The notes: generated from the sequence alone by a model not told the origin. A DNA stretch of 32,000 bases from Cuniculiplasma divulgatum (GCF_900083515.1 NZ_LT671858.1:840001-872000); one strand, 5' to 3'; shown: positions 19,905 to 27,794, numbered from the stretch's first letter. Made by a program: numbers and translations.

Positions 19905-20471
19905 ATGCAAAAAATTACTGAAGGGGAAATTATCCCCCCTGAAAAATTTTCAAAGATTTTAACAGAAGAAAGAAAAAAAATTATAGCAGTTAAAAGACAC
20001 AGAAGAATCGCAAGTAAAACTTTCAGTTATCTATTCGAAAACAGGGATACTGTATTGAATCAAATCAATGAAATGATACTTATTGAAAATGTTCACGATG
20101 CCAAAGAAAAAGATCATATTCTAAAAACCTATAATGAACTGATACCAGGAGATAAAGAATTCAGCGTTTCCATGTTCATAGAAATCAGCGATGAGAAAAA
20201 ATTATTAAAGGAGATGCCCAGACTGACAGGAATCGAAAACAATGTTTACCTGGTATTTGCAGATACTGAACTAAAGGGAATACCTGAAGAAGGAAGATCT
20301 ACAGCAACACTTGAGTCAACTTTGCAGTATTTGAAATTCAAATTTGATGAAAAGAAGGCTGAAAGCTTTAAGAAAACAAAAAACGCATTCGTTGTAACCA
20401 GGCACTCCATATATAAGGAAAGTGCTGAAATTAATGAAGAATTACTTTCAGACCTGAAAAAAGAACTTTAA
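19905..20471 (+). CDS. DUF3501-like protein
   Basis: MQKITEGEIIPPEKFSKILTEERKKIIAVKRHRRIASKTFSYLFENRDTVLNQINEMILIE resembles my recollection of the DUF3501 N-terminus. Immediately follows rubrerythrin. An alternative GTG at 19896 overlaps its stop. Confidence 0.55.
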   Translation: MQKITEGEIIPPEKFSKILTEERKKIIAVKRHRRIASKTFSYLFENRDTVLNQINEMILIENVHDAKEKDHILKTYNELIPGDKEFSVSMFIEISDEKKLLKEMPRLTGIENNVYLVFADTELKGIPEEGRSTATLESTLQYLKFKFDEKKAESFKKTKNAFVVTRHSIYKESAEINEELLSDLKKEL

Positions 20472-20489
20472 CCCTATTCATCTTATCTC

Positions 20490-20495
20490 TTTTTT
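20490..20495 (+). terminator. Oligo-T tract (T6) after the rubrerythrin/DUF3501 pair
   Basis: CTCTTTTTTAAAAA lies 19 nt after the stop codon. Confidence 0.3.
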
Positions 20496-20573
20496 AAAAA
20501 ACTATATAATGCCAGGCTCCATTAATATGTCGTTTCGGTAAATTTTAAATAGACTTGGAAATTATCAATTCCA

Positions 20574-21473
20574 ATGATAGATGTAAGTGGAGTGTTCTAT
20601 TCATACAAAAAGAACATAATCACATTAAAAAATATTACTAAGACTTTCGAACAGGGTAAGATATATGGAATTGTTGGTCCAAATGGCGCAGGGAAAACTA
20701 CACTTTTGAACGTGATGTCCGGGGTTCATACGCCAGGAGCTGGCAGAATTCTTGTAGATAGTTATGACATAGTAAATGATAGGGAAAAGTCCATCAAAAA
20801 AATAGGTCTAATGCCAGACGGCTCGTTTCTTGATCCTGATGAGAAGATAATAAACCAAATGATGCATTTTGGCTCATACTATGATTTATCTATAAAAGAG
20901 GCAAGAGAAAGAGCATTGAGTCTTATGAATAAATTTGGTCTTTCGGAGGAATTTTCAAGAAAATCCATGAGAAACCTGTCACTTGGGCAGAGAAGGAGAG
21001 TTGGATTGACAATGGCTCTTCTTCATGATCCGGATAACATCCTAATGGATGAACCGTACAATGGTTTTGATCCTTTCGGCATAAAGATGGTGACAGATAT
21101 AATGCTCGAAGCCAGAAATAGTGGTAAAACGGTCATAGTTTCATCCCACATACTTAAGGAGGTACAGTCAGTGGCAGACGAGTTTGTATATCTTGAAAAT
21201 GGACAGCTACTAAAATCAATAGATATAGAAACGATGTCAAAGAATATTGGTAAAATATGGGTAAAAGTTTTGAACCCGGACGATAATCTTTTAAGATTGC
21301 TTCAGACCTTTGGAACAGTCAGGAGGATTAACCAGGCATATGAAATTACAACACCATCGGATAATAAGGTTGAGACTTCTGAAATTAACAGTGCTCTTGT
21401 AAAGGAAAACTACAAAGTAGATTCAATCTATTATGAGAAAAGAACAGTTGAGGATGAATTTTTCTCAAAGTAA
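20574..21473 (+). CDS. ABC transporter ATP-binding protein (ABC-2 type) with an extra C-terminal domain of about 80 aa
   Basis: Walker A GPNGAGKTT, signature LSLGQRRRV, Walker B ILMDEP and H-loop SSHIL. Confidence 0.9.
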   Translation: MIDVSGVFYSYKKNIITLKNITKTFEQGKIYGIVGPNGAGKTTLLNVMSGVHTPGAGRILVDSYDIVNDREKSIKKIGLMPDGSFLDPDEKIINQMMHFGSYYDLSIKEARERALSLMNKFGLSEEFSRKSMRNLSLGQRRRVGLTMALLHDPDNILMDEPYNGFDPFGIKMVTDIMLEARNSGKTVIVSSHILKEVQSVADEFVYLENGQLLKSIDIETMSKNIGKIWVKVLNPDDNLLRLLQTFGTVRRINQAYEITTPSDNKVETSEINSALVKENYKVDSIYYEKRTVEDEFFSK

Positions 21474-21481
21474 TAGAATAG

Positions 21482-21553
21482 CAGGTCCACCGGGAATTGA
21501 ACCCGGATCATGGGCTCCGGAGGCCCATATGATATCCTTTACACCACGGACCT
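21482..21553 (-). tRNA. tRNA-Arg (anticodon CCG), A1-U72 first pair, no encoded CCA
   Basis: Hand fold of the reverse complement. Acceptor AGGTCCG/TGGACCT plus discriminator G. U8. D stem GTGT/TCAT (one G-U wobble, one U-U mismatch). Anticodon stem TGGGC/GCCCA with loop CTCCGGA. 4-nt variable loop. T arm CCGGG-TTCAATT-CCCGG. Confidence 0.85.
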
Positions 21554-22037
21554 ATCTTTTGTAGCCTATATTCCTAAGAAATTCTCTTCTCTTTCTTTTA
21601 TCTTCCTCTGTTTCAACTCCCAGGGGAGAAAATCCATCAATAACTCCAAGAATAGCTCCACCATTTTTACCTCTGAATACGATGGCAGAAATAGGATTAG
21701 CAGTTGCAGCAAAGACACTGCCTACTTCCTGGCAATTTTTTATGGCATTTAAAACAGTTATGGGAAACGCATCTCTTATTAATATGAGGAATGTGTGTCC
21801 GCATTTTAGATTTAAAATGTTTTTGATGCCAGTTTCTTCCAGTTCAGGATCGTTAGATTCAAATCTAACCAGTCTGTCTCCGGAAGCCTCTGAAAAGGTG
21901 ATGGAATAGGACGCTTTAGGGATGTATGTTTTTATGATTTCTTCCAGATCTTCCACAGTTTTTATGAAATGTGAATAACCTAGTATAAGGTTGCAACCCT
22001 TTGGATTTTCCAGATCAACTACGTCAATGTTTTCCAT
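21552..22037 (-). CDS. Adenosine-specific kinase family protein (PF04008 / PAE2307-like)
   Basis: 161 aa with LILGYSHFIKTVEDL, SEASGDRLVR, NAIKNCQEV, ATANP and GVIDGFSPLGVETEEDKRKRREFLRNIGYK, which match my recollection of this conserved archaeal family. Confidence 0.7.
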   Translation of the reverse strand: MENIDVVDLENPKGCNLILGYSHFIKTVEDLEEIIKTYIPKASYSITFSEASGDRLVRFESNDPELEETGIKNILNLKCGHTFLILIRDAFPITVLNAIKNCQEVGSVFAATANPISAIVFRGKNGGAILGVIDGFSPLGVETEEDKRKRREFLRNIGYKR

Positions 22038-22085
22038 AGCTTACAATGCAATTATAATCTTAATATTTTTCTAAATTGTATATTG

Positions 22086-22748
22086 TTAGTTGAGAAGTTT
22101 TAAGACTATACTTCCGTAAATTATAAGCACAAATACAACAAGGATATCAAGCAATGAATCCGGTACTATATACACCAGCATTAAAAGTCCGATGAAAAGT
22201 GCGGAAGTTGGTTCTTTTCTGTAATAATCACTCAACGTTGAGATTATACTTGTCATGTTTCTTATTAAACCTTTCCTGTTAAGATTAATAAGAATCACTG
22301 AAACATATGCCACTATGGTAAAGAGTGCGCTAATGTAACCACCCACAAATGGGATATAGGCAAAAACTAGTGAAATAAATGAAATAAATGCGGCAATGAG
22401 AAATATTTCACCCTTTGATGATAGAGAATCTGAAAGTGATGTCCTTATGGAAAAAGAGCCCTTATCAACGAGATCTGAGACTGAGAAAGTTTGCCAGAAT
22501 ATAGCAAGAACAAGGAAAAAATCAATTATTATATTCCCAATAAAGTCCACAAGAAATAAATCAACATGATAAAGTGGATGAGCGGTCTTTAAATAAACCG
22601 ATGTTATATCAAACTCACTGGCGTCCACTAAAACAGCAAACACAGCCAAAATTATGTAACCAAATATAAAAGGTAAAACTATGGATGGTTCCTTTTCAAT
22701 GAAATCCATTGCCTTCTTCAGTGAATAAGATTCATCAGGCATATTCAA
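22086..22748 (-). CDS. Integral membrane protein, function unknown
   Basis: 220 aa with five or six hydrophobic helices. No motif recognised. Confidence 0.6.
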   Translation of the reverse strand: MNMPDESYSLKKAMDFIEKEPSIVLPFIFGYIILAVFAVLVDASEFDITSVYLKTAHPLYHVDLFLVDFIGNIIIDFFLVLAIFWQTFSVSDLVDKGSFSIRTSLSDSLSSKGEIFLIAAFISFISLVFAYIPFVGGYISALFTIVAYVSVILINLNRKGLIRNMTSIISTLSDYYRKEPTSALFIGLLMLVYIVPDSLLDILVVFVLIIYGSIVLKLLN

Positions 22749-22875
22749 CTACATTTTGATCTTTGATATATATTTTTATACAAATTTTTCCATTTTTCCC
22801 ATAATTATCTAAATAATATATTCATATAGATAATAAGTTAGGATAATTTTTTAAACTATTTCGCATAACAAGGTA

Positions 22876-23922
22876 GTGGATAAAGATTTTGATTATGAGA
22901 CCGTAGTCATAGGTGCTGGCACGGGTGGTCTGTCAGCTGGTTGTATATTAAAAAATCAAAAGAGGGATTATGTAATTCTTGATAAGAAGGAGGAGATAGG
23001 CTTACCGGTAAGGTCTACGGGAGCAGTATCGCTGGAATGGGTAAAAAAAATTGGCATGCCAACAGCAAAAGAAATAGTCGCTTCTAACATTTATAATATG
23101 TCATTCAGAACGGAAAAAGGTAAGAGAATTGATCTAAACTTTGATCATCCAGTAGGAATGGTCTATGATTTCACCAAATACGAGAAATACCTTTCCTCAG
23201 GTTTTGCAGGAAAGCTTAACATTAAGATGAAAACAACAGTTAGTGAAGTTAAGGGGAATCAGATTAAAACAAATGATGGTATTTTAACAGCAAAAAACGT
23301 TATTATGGCAGCTGGACCACAATCAAATCTAGGTTCCAAACTCACGAAAACACAAGCGCTTGTGGCATATGAGGAAACAAGGGAGCTTGATGAAAGAAAG
23401 GACTTTCAAATGATACTCTGGTTTAGTGATCTTGCCCCAGGTGGATATTTTTGGGATTTTGCTGACTCAAAAAATACCAGAAAAATTGGAGTTTGTTATT
23501 ATCCTCTTAGTGGTGAGGCACCAAAAAGTGTACTAAAAAAATTTACAGAAAAATTTCCAGAGCTTGATGGCGAAATAGTTCACACAATGGCACATCAGAT
23601 CCCGCTGACAAAACCTTCTGATCAGGTTGTCAGAGAAAATCAGCTTTGGGTGGGAGATATGGTTAATGCAGTCCTTAACACAACGGCGGGGGGTTTGCAG
23701 GGCGCATTTTGGTCCGGAAAGGAAGCAGCTATCGCAACTGTAAACAATGATCTACAACAATATCAGAAAGTATGGGATAATCAGATAAAACCATGGCTAA
23801 TGAAGCATAATGAATTGCATTCCAGAATTCATGCAAGGGGTGAGAGAAGCGTTGGAACATATATCACGCTGGCAAAACTCATGCCAAAGAAGATTAAGAT
23901 GAGAGTTTTCGGTGGCTTGTAA
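22876..23922 (+). CDS. FAD-dependent oxidoreductase, geranylgeranyl-reductase family
   Basis: GTG start. Dinucleotide-binding VVIGAGTGGLSAG...ILDKKEE, plus the later GDMVN and GGLQGAFWSG motifs typical of GGR-like flavoproteins. Confidence 0.75.
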   Translation: MDKDFDYETVVIGAGTGGLSAGCILKNQKRDYVILDKKEEIGLPVRSTGAVSLEWVKKIGMPTAKEIVASNIYNMSFRTEKGKRIDLNFDHPVGMVYDFTKYEKYLSSGFAGKLNIKMKTTVSEVKGNQIKTNDGILTAKNVIMAAGPQSNLGSKLTKTQALVAYEETRELDERKDFQMILWFSDLAPGGYFWDFADSKNTRKIGVCYYPLSGEAPKSVLKKFTEKFPELDGEIVHTMAHQIPLTKPSDQVVRENQLWVGDMVNAVLNTTAGGLQGAFWSGKEAAIATVNNDLQQYQKVWDNQIKPWLMKHNELHSRIHARGERSVGTYITLAKLMPKKIKMRVFGGL

Positions 23923-24014
23923 TTTAATATAACCAAATTACTTTTTTAATTTTCGCTATTAATAATAGAATTGTAATGGAAAAGTAGCTTTCCTAATTAG
24001 GACTTAAAAGAATG

Positions 24015-24022
24015 TTTATAAG
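24015..24022 (+). promoter_or_regulatory. TATA-like box (TTTATAAG) for the alcohol dehydrogenase gene; spacing suggests a leaderless mRNA
   Basis: The box ends 22 nt before the ATG at 24044. Confidence 0.3.
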
Positions 24023-24043
24023 TAATTTCGATATTTTGAAGGT

Positions 24044-25090
24044 ATGGAAGCAAAAGGATATGCAGCAGGAGAAGCAGGAGGAAAATTATCACCATATAAC
24101 TTCGAGAGAAGAGAACTTGGTGAAAAAGATGTCTTAATTGACATAAAATACTGTGGAATTTGTCATTCAGACATTCATCAGGTCAATAATGATTGGGGAG
24201 GAGCTTCATACCCCATGGTGCCTGGACATGAGATAGTTGGAATTGTAAGAAATGTTGGCAGTGGTGTAAAAAAGTTCAAGCAGGGAGATAGGGTTGGTGT
24301 TGGTTGCATGGTTGATTCGTGTGGACAATGTGGACCATGCAAGAGTGGACTACAGCAGTATTGTGAAAATGGTGCAACATTTACCTACAGTTCAAAGGAC
24401 AAAGTAAGTGGGGGTGTTACCTATGGTGGGTACTCCGATAAGATTGTGGTCGTTGAGGATTTTGTTCTTAAAGTTTCTGAGAAACTAGATTTTGCGGCCA
24501 CTGCTCCCCTATTGTGTGCAGGAATTACAACATATTCTCCACTGAAACACTGGAATGTGAAAGCCGGTCAAACAGTAGGCGTGGCAGGATTAGGAGGGCT
24601 TGGTCATATGGCAGTCAAGTTAGCCAAATCAATGGGTGCAAATGTTGTTGTAATGACGACATCTGAGAAGAAAAAGGATGAGGCAAAGAGACTTGGAGCA
24701 GATAAAGTGATTATATCCAAAAATATAGAAGAAATGAAGAAAAACAGGATGTCGATGGATCTGATAATAGATACAATCCCGGCGCCACATGATATGAATC
24801 TTTATATTTCACTTTTGAAAATTGATGGAAGCATAGTTCTTGTCGGATTACCGGAAAAGGAATCTCAACATGTTATATCTGCGGGATCGCTTATCAATGG
24901 AAGAAGGTCAATTAGTGGATCAAATATAGGCGGTATAGAAGAAACTCAGGAAATGTTAGATTATTGTGATAAGCATAATATTGTTTCTGACATAGAACTC
25001 ATACCCATGTCAAAAGTCAATGAGGCATATGTAAGAACAGTTAATTCAGATGTCAAATATAGATTCGTTATCGACATGAGTACATTATAA
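24044..25090 (+). CDS. Zinc-dependent NAD(P) alcohol dehydrogenase (cinnamyl-ADH / YahK-like)
   Basis: CGICHSD and GHEIVG catalytic-Zn ligands. Structural-Zn cluster CGQCGPCKSGLQQYC. Rossmann GVAGLGGLGH. Confidence 0.9.
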   Translation: MEAKGYAAGEAGGKLSPYNFERRELGEKDVLIDIKYCGICHSDIHQVNNDWGGASYPMVPGHEIVGIVRNVGSGVKKFKQGDRVGVGCMVDSCGQCGPCKSGLQQYCENGATFTYSSKDKVSGGVTYGGYSDKIVVVEDFVLKVSEKLDFAATAPLLCAGITTYSPLKHWNVKAGQTVGVAGLGGLGHMAVKLAKSMGANVVVMTTSEKKKDEAKRLGADKVIISKNIEEMKKNRMSMDLIIDTIPAPHDMNLYISLLKIDGSIVLVGLPEKESQHVISAGSLINGRRSISGSNIGGIEETQEMLDYCDKHNIVSDIELIPMSKVNEAYVRTVNSDVKYRFVIDMSTL

Positions 25091-25135
25091 TCATTTCATT
25101 TTCCATAATTTTGAAACCGTTCTTATAAAGAAAGG

Positions 25136-25143
25136 TAAATATG
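25136..25143 (+). promoter_or_regulatory. TATA-like box (TAAATATG) for tRNA-Cys
   Basis: The box ends 25 nt upstream of the tRNA 5' end. Confidence 0.35.
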
Positions 25144-25167
25144 CAATATTCTATTACGGAATTTTAT

Positions 25168-25239
25168 GGATAGGTGGCAGAGAGGTTATGCGTAAGACTG
25201 CAGATCTTATTTATTAGGGTTCAAATCCCTACCTATCCT
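25168..25239 (+). tRNA. tRNA-Cys (anticodon GCA), discriminator U73, no encoded CCA; integration target of the downstream element
   Basis: Hand fold. Acceptor GGATAGG/CCTATCC plus T. Anticodon stem TAAGA/TCTTA with loop CTGCAGA. Variable loop TTTAT. T arm TAGGG-TTCAAAT-CCCTA. Confidence 0.9.
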
Positions 25240-25240
25240 C

Positions 25241-25280
25241 TACCAGAGATGGTACAATAATTATTATACCATAGATGGAT
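25241..25280 (+). repeat. Two direct repeats TACCA(G/T)AGATGG (25241-25252 and 25267-25278) bracketing a TTATTATA box just upstream of int
   Basis: 11/12 identical, 26-bp period. They lie between the tRNA 3' end and the int ATG at 25289. Confidence 0.5.
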
Positions 25281-25288
25281 ATGCAAGC

Positions 25289-26578
25289 ATGAACCCATTA
25301 ACAAGACATAGAAAACTGCTGGAAAATAAGAAGGTTGAAAGATGGTATTCGAATCTGAAAGCAAGATCTCAAATCACTTCTGACACTTATATTCGAAATT
25401 TTGGGCTGTGGTTGGAGTATCTAAATCTCGATCCTGATTCTATTATTTCTATGGCGAGGGATAACTTTGACGAATTTAAAGGGGCAGTTTCGGATGTTAT
25501 AAGGGATTTAGAGAAAAAAGGTACTATGGGATCTTCTATATCTACAAGTCTTAAAGCTGTTTTATCCTACCTTAAGTTCAATAACGCATCTGTTAAATTA
25601 GGAATAAATATTACTAATGAAAACCGCAATCTGAAGGCAGAAAAGGAAGTTATTCCTACGAAAGATGAAATTGCTAAGGTCCTGAGGATAGCAACCTTAA
25701 GGGAGAGAGTTTCGATTTCTCTTATGGCATTTACAGGGTTAAGACCCGAAGTCCTAGGGAATATAGACGGTACCAATGGCCTAACGATAGGAGACATTCC
25801 AGATCTAAAGATCAAAGATGGAAAAATAGTCTACGAACACATGCCAGTTCAAATAAGCGTTAGGCCAGAGCTGTCTAAAATTAGAACCGCATATTTTACG
25901 TTTCTTGGTCCGGAGGGATCTGAATACCTTAAAGAATACCTTGATGCACGAATGACTTCAGGCGAAAGACTTACGACAAAATCCCCTGTAATATTACCTA
26001 TAGAAAAGCAGTCATCAGAGAAAAAGAATCGGTTTTTACTTACTACATTGCTTCTAAGAAGGATTAAGAAAACAATCGCTAAGGCGGGTTTTGAATGGAG
26101 ACCATATATTTTTAGAATATACTTTGGGACTAACCTTGATAGCGCTGAGGCAAAAGGACTTATTTCACATCCATGGCGTCAGTTCATTATGGGGCATAAG
26201 GGAGACATTGAGGAAACATATACAAAGAGGGAGGGAAAGGTCGACGAGGGAAGAGAGCAGTATTCAAAATGCCTTAGCTTCATAGAGACTGTTGAACATA
26301 GCAAATCGCAAGGAGATATTAAGAAAAGTGTTATGGTTGAAATTCTTTCTCTGGTCCTTGGATATACTCAAGACAAGATAGACCAACTAGACTTAGATAA
26401 AATGAGCAATGAGGACTTTCAAAACCTAATTAAAAAAGGACTTCTCGGAAATATGACTGGTAATGGAACAAGGCAAAAGATCGTTAGTGAAAAAGAAATA
26501 GAGCAATACATGAATCAGGGATATGAGGTTTTTACAACTCTTCCATCTGGTAAAATAGTTATGAAACTCTCTTTATGA
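25289..26578 (+). CDS. Tyrosine recombinase / integrase (intact, non-partitioning type)
   Basis: Catalytic-type residues in order: R in MAFTGLRPEV, H-x-x-R in HPWRQFIMGH, and Y in IEETYTKREG. Located next to a tRNA 3' end. About 115 aa continue after the presumed catalytic Tyr. Confidence 0.85.
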   Translation: MNPLTRHRKLLENKKVERWYSNLKARSQITSDTYIRNFGLWLEYLNLDPDSIISMARDNFDEFKGAVSDVIRDLEKKGTMGSSISTSLKAVLSYLKFNNASVKLGINITNENRNLKAEKEVIPTKDEIAKVLRIATLRERVSISLMAFTGLRPEVLGNIDGTNGLTIGDIPDLKIKDGKIVYEHMPVQISVRPELSKIRTAYFTFLGPEGSEYLKEYLDARMTSGERLTTKSPVILPIEKQSSEKKNRFLLTTLLLRRIKKTIAKAGFEWRPYIFRIYFGTNLDSAEAKGLISHPWRQFIMGHKGDIEETYTKREGKVDEGREQYSKCLSFIETVEHSKSQGDIKKSVMVEILSLVLGYTQDKIDQLDLDKMSNEDFQNLIKKGLLGNMTGNGTRQKIVSEKEIEQYMNQGYEVFTTLPSGKIVMKLSL

Positions 26579-26767
26579 TTCATTCTTTATTTTAGTCCTT
26601 ATCTTATCGCCCTTTCACACTAAGACAATATAATTACATTAAGAAGTTTTAGCAGTTCTTCAAACAAAGTAGATGAAGGCAATATTTTTAAAAAAATAAG
26701 TAGATGGATTCATTTTAATTATAATACCTAAGGCATCATGAATTTATATTAAGATCATGGCCAAGAA

Positions 26768-26794
26768 GATCTCATGGATCCTTACCATGAGATC
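26768..26794. repeat. Perfect 10-bp inverted repeat GATCTCATGG / CCATGAGATC with a 7-nt loop
   Basis: Read directly from the sequence, about 190 nt downstream of int. Confidence 0.6.
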
Positions 26795-26820
26795 CTTATA
26801 ATTCACTCAGATCCTTTTTA

Positions 26821-26929
26821 AATGCATGTAACATGTCAGTGATATAGGCTTTCGATGAAAGTATCGGGAAATACAGGTTTCCTTTCGGTGTGCCTTTCGG
26901 TGTTCTTTCGATGGTTCATGTTATGCATT
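26821..26929. repeat. Iteron-like cassette: four copies of CTTTCG(A/G)TG flanked by an imperfect inverted repeat
   Basis: Copies at 26849-26857, 26882-26890, 26894-26902 and 26905-26913. The last three are tandem with an 11-12-bp period. Flanks are AATGCATGTAACATG (26821-26835) and CATGTTATGCATT (26917-26929). Confidence 0.7.
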
Positions 26930-27016
26930 ATATTTTTACTCTTTACCTGGAAGAATCAGGGCTTCTTCCAGAGAAAAAACAAAAATTTAGAGCGCCTTTA
27001 TATCTATATATGCCCA

Positions 27017-27030
27017 GGGGGAGGGGGGGG
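27017..27030. other. G5-A-G8 homopurine tract
   Basis: GGGGGAGGGGGGGG read directly, in an otherwise AT-rich noncoding region. Confidence 0.8.
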
Positions 27031-27170
27031 TCATTCCATGGTAATGGCTAATTCAGATTGGTATCAATTCTATCAGCCCTAAGAGTCATGGTTAATTAAT
27101 AATAGGGTTCGCCGCCACCACCACATGTGATTTTACTGAATTTATTCTTTAATTTACGAGATTTATAACA

Positions 27171-27195
27171 ATGTCATGCCAATGTAACATGACAT
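27171..27195. repeat. 8-bp inverted repeat ATGTCATG / CATGACAT with a 9-nt spacer
   Basis: Read directly. The same ATGACA(T/C) core recurs as the tandem ATGACATTTTT / ATGACACTTTT at 27470-27493. Confidence 0.55.
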
Positions 27196-27551
27196 ATAAC
27201 ATGAGATTACGCATTACAGATATGCTGAATATTCCGGTAATTCTGCGAATACAGATTAACATTACAAAATTACTGTACTCAATCATTTCTGAATATACCC
27301 TCATTCTATGAGAAGGACCATATAGCAATAACAAAGCCTATGGTTCAGCCTTGGGAAATGATCGGGTTTCATCTTATGTAATACGCCCGTTGAATTAATT
27401 AAGGGAGGGGACCCCCATACTAGGGATATTTGAGATATTGCTTCCCTATGCCCAATTTCAGGCAACATAATGACATTTTTAGATGACACTTTTAAAAATT
27501 ATATCCTTATTTGGGAAGTTTCCAGGAATATAATAGCACGGCTGACCCGGC

Positions 27552-27794
27552 TTAGTCCTCATCCGTAACGGCATGCTCTATGGCCAGTTTGTACCTGTAA
27601 ACTCTGCATCCCCTTTCCCTGGTTACAAGTCCCATTCTAGTCATGTTGATCAGGGCCCTGGACACACTATAACTGGGTACATCCATGCCCCTGCCTTCCA
27701 GGTAGTAACGGATCTGTTCGGTTGTCTTGCTCCTCTTGGTTAGTGATTCAAGGATCAGCTCCTCCATGTCACTTAACCTGATCTCTATCTTCAT
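27552..27794 (-). CDS. Small winged-helix DNA-binding protein (element-encoded regulator)
   Basis: Trimmed to MKIEIRLSDMEELILESLTKRSKTTEQIRYYLEGRGMDVPSYSVSRALINMTRMGLVTRERGCRVYRYKL, an 80-aa wHTH pattern. Last gene of the operon. Confidence 0.6.
   Translation of the reverse strand: MKIEIRLSDMEELILESLTKRSKTTEQIRYYLEGRGMDVPSYSVSRALINMTRMGLVTRERGCRVYRYKLAIEHAVTDED

Noticed and set aside
21510-21752. ORF 21510..21752 (+)
   Set aside because: It overlaps tRNA-Arg(CCG) and the antisense of the adenosine-kinase-family gene, so it is a shadow ORF.
27104-27115. TAGGGTTCGCCG, which matches 10 nt of the tRNA-Leu T-arm region (GGGTTCGCCG) and 8 nt of the tRNA-Cys T arm; considered as a tRNA fragment or internal att remnant
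   Set aside because: No complementary T-stem or acceptor sequence follows (next is CCACCACCACA). The match is short enough to arise by chance.
27421-27448. TAGGGA-N16-TCCCTA hairpin resembling the tRNA-Cys T-arm stem (TAGGG/CCCTA), considered as attR
   Set aside because: Only the 5-6-bp stem matches. The loop and flanks are unrelated to the tRNA, and an attR here would leave the rest of the operon outside the element.
26855-27489. ORFs 26855..27082 (+), 27149..27334 (-) and 27301..27489 (-) in the element's spacer
   Set aside because: The translations are implausible. The first is generated by the CTTTCGRTG repeats and the G tract (GGGGG in the peptide). None has an RBS or operon coupling. 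I treat the region as noncoding, without certainty.
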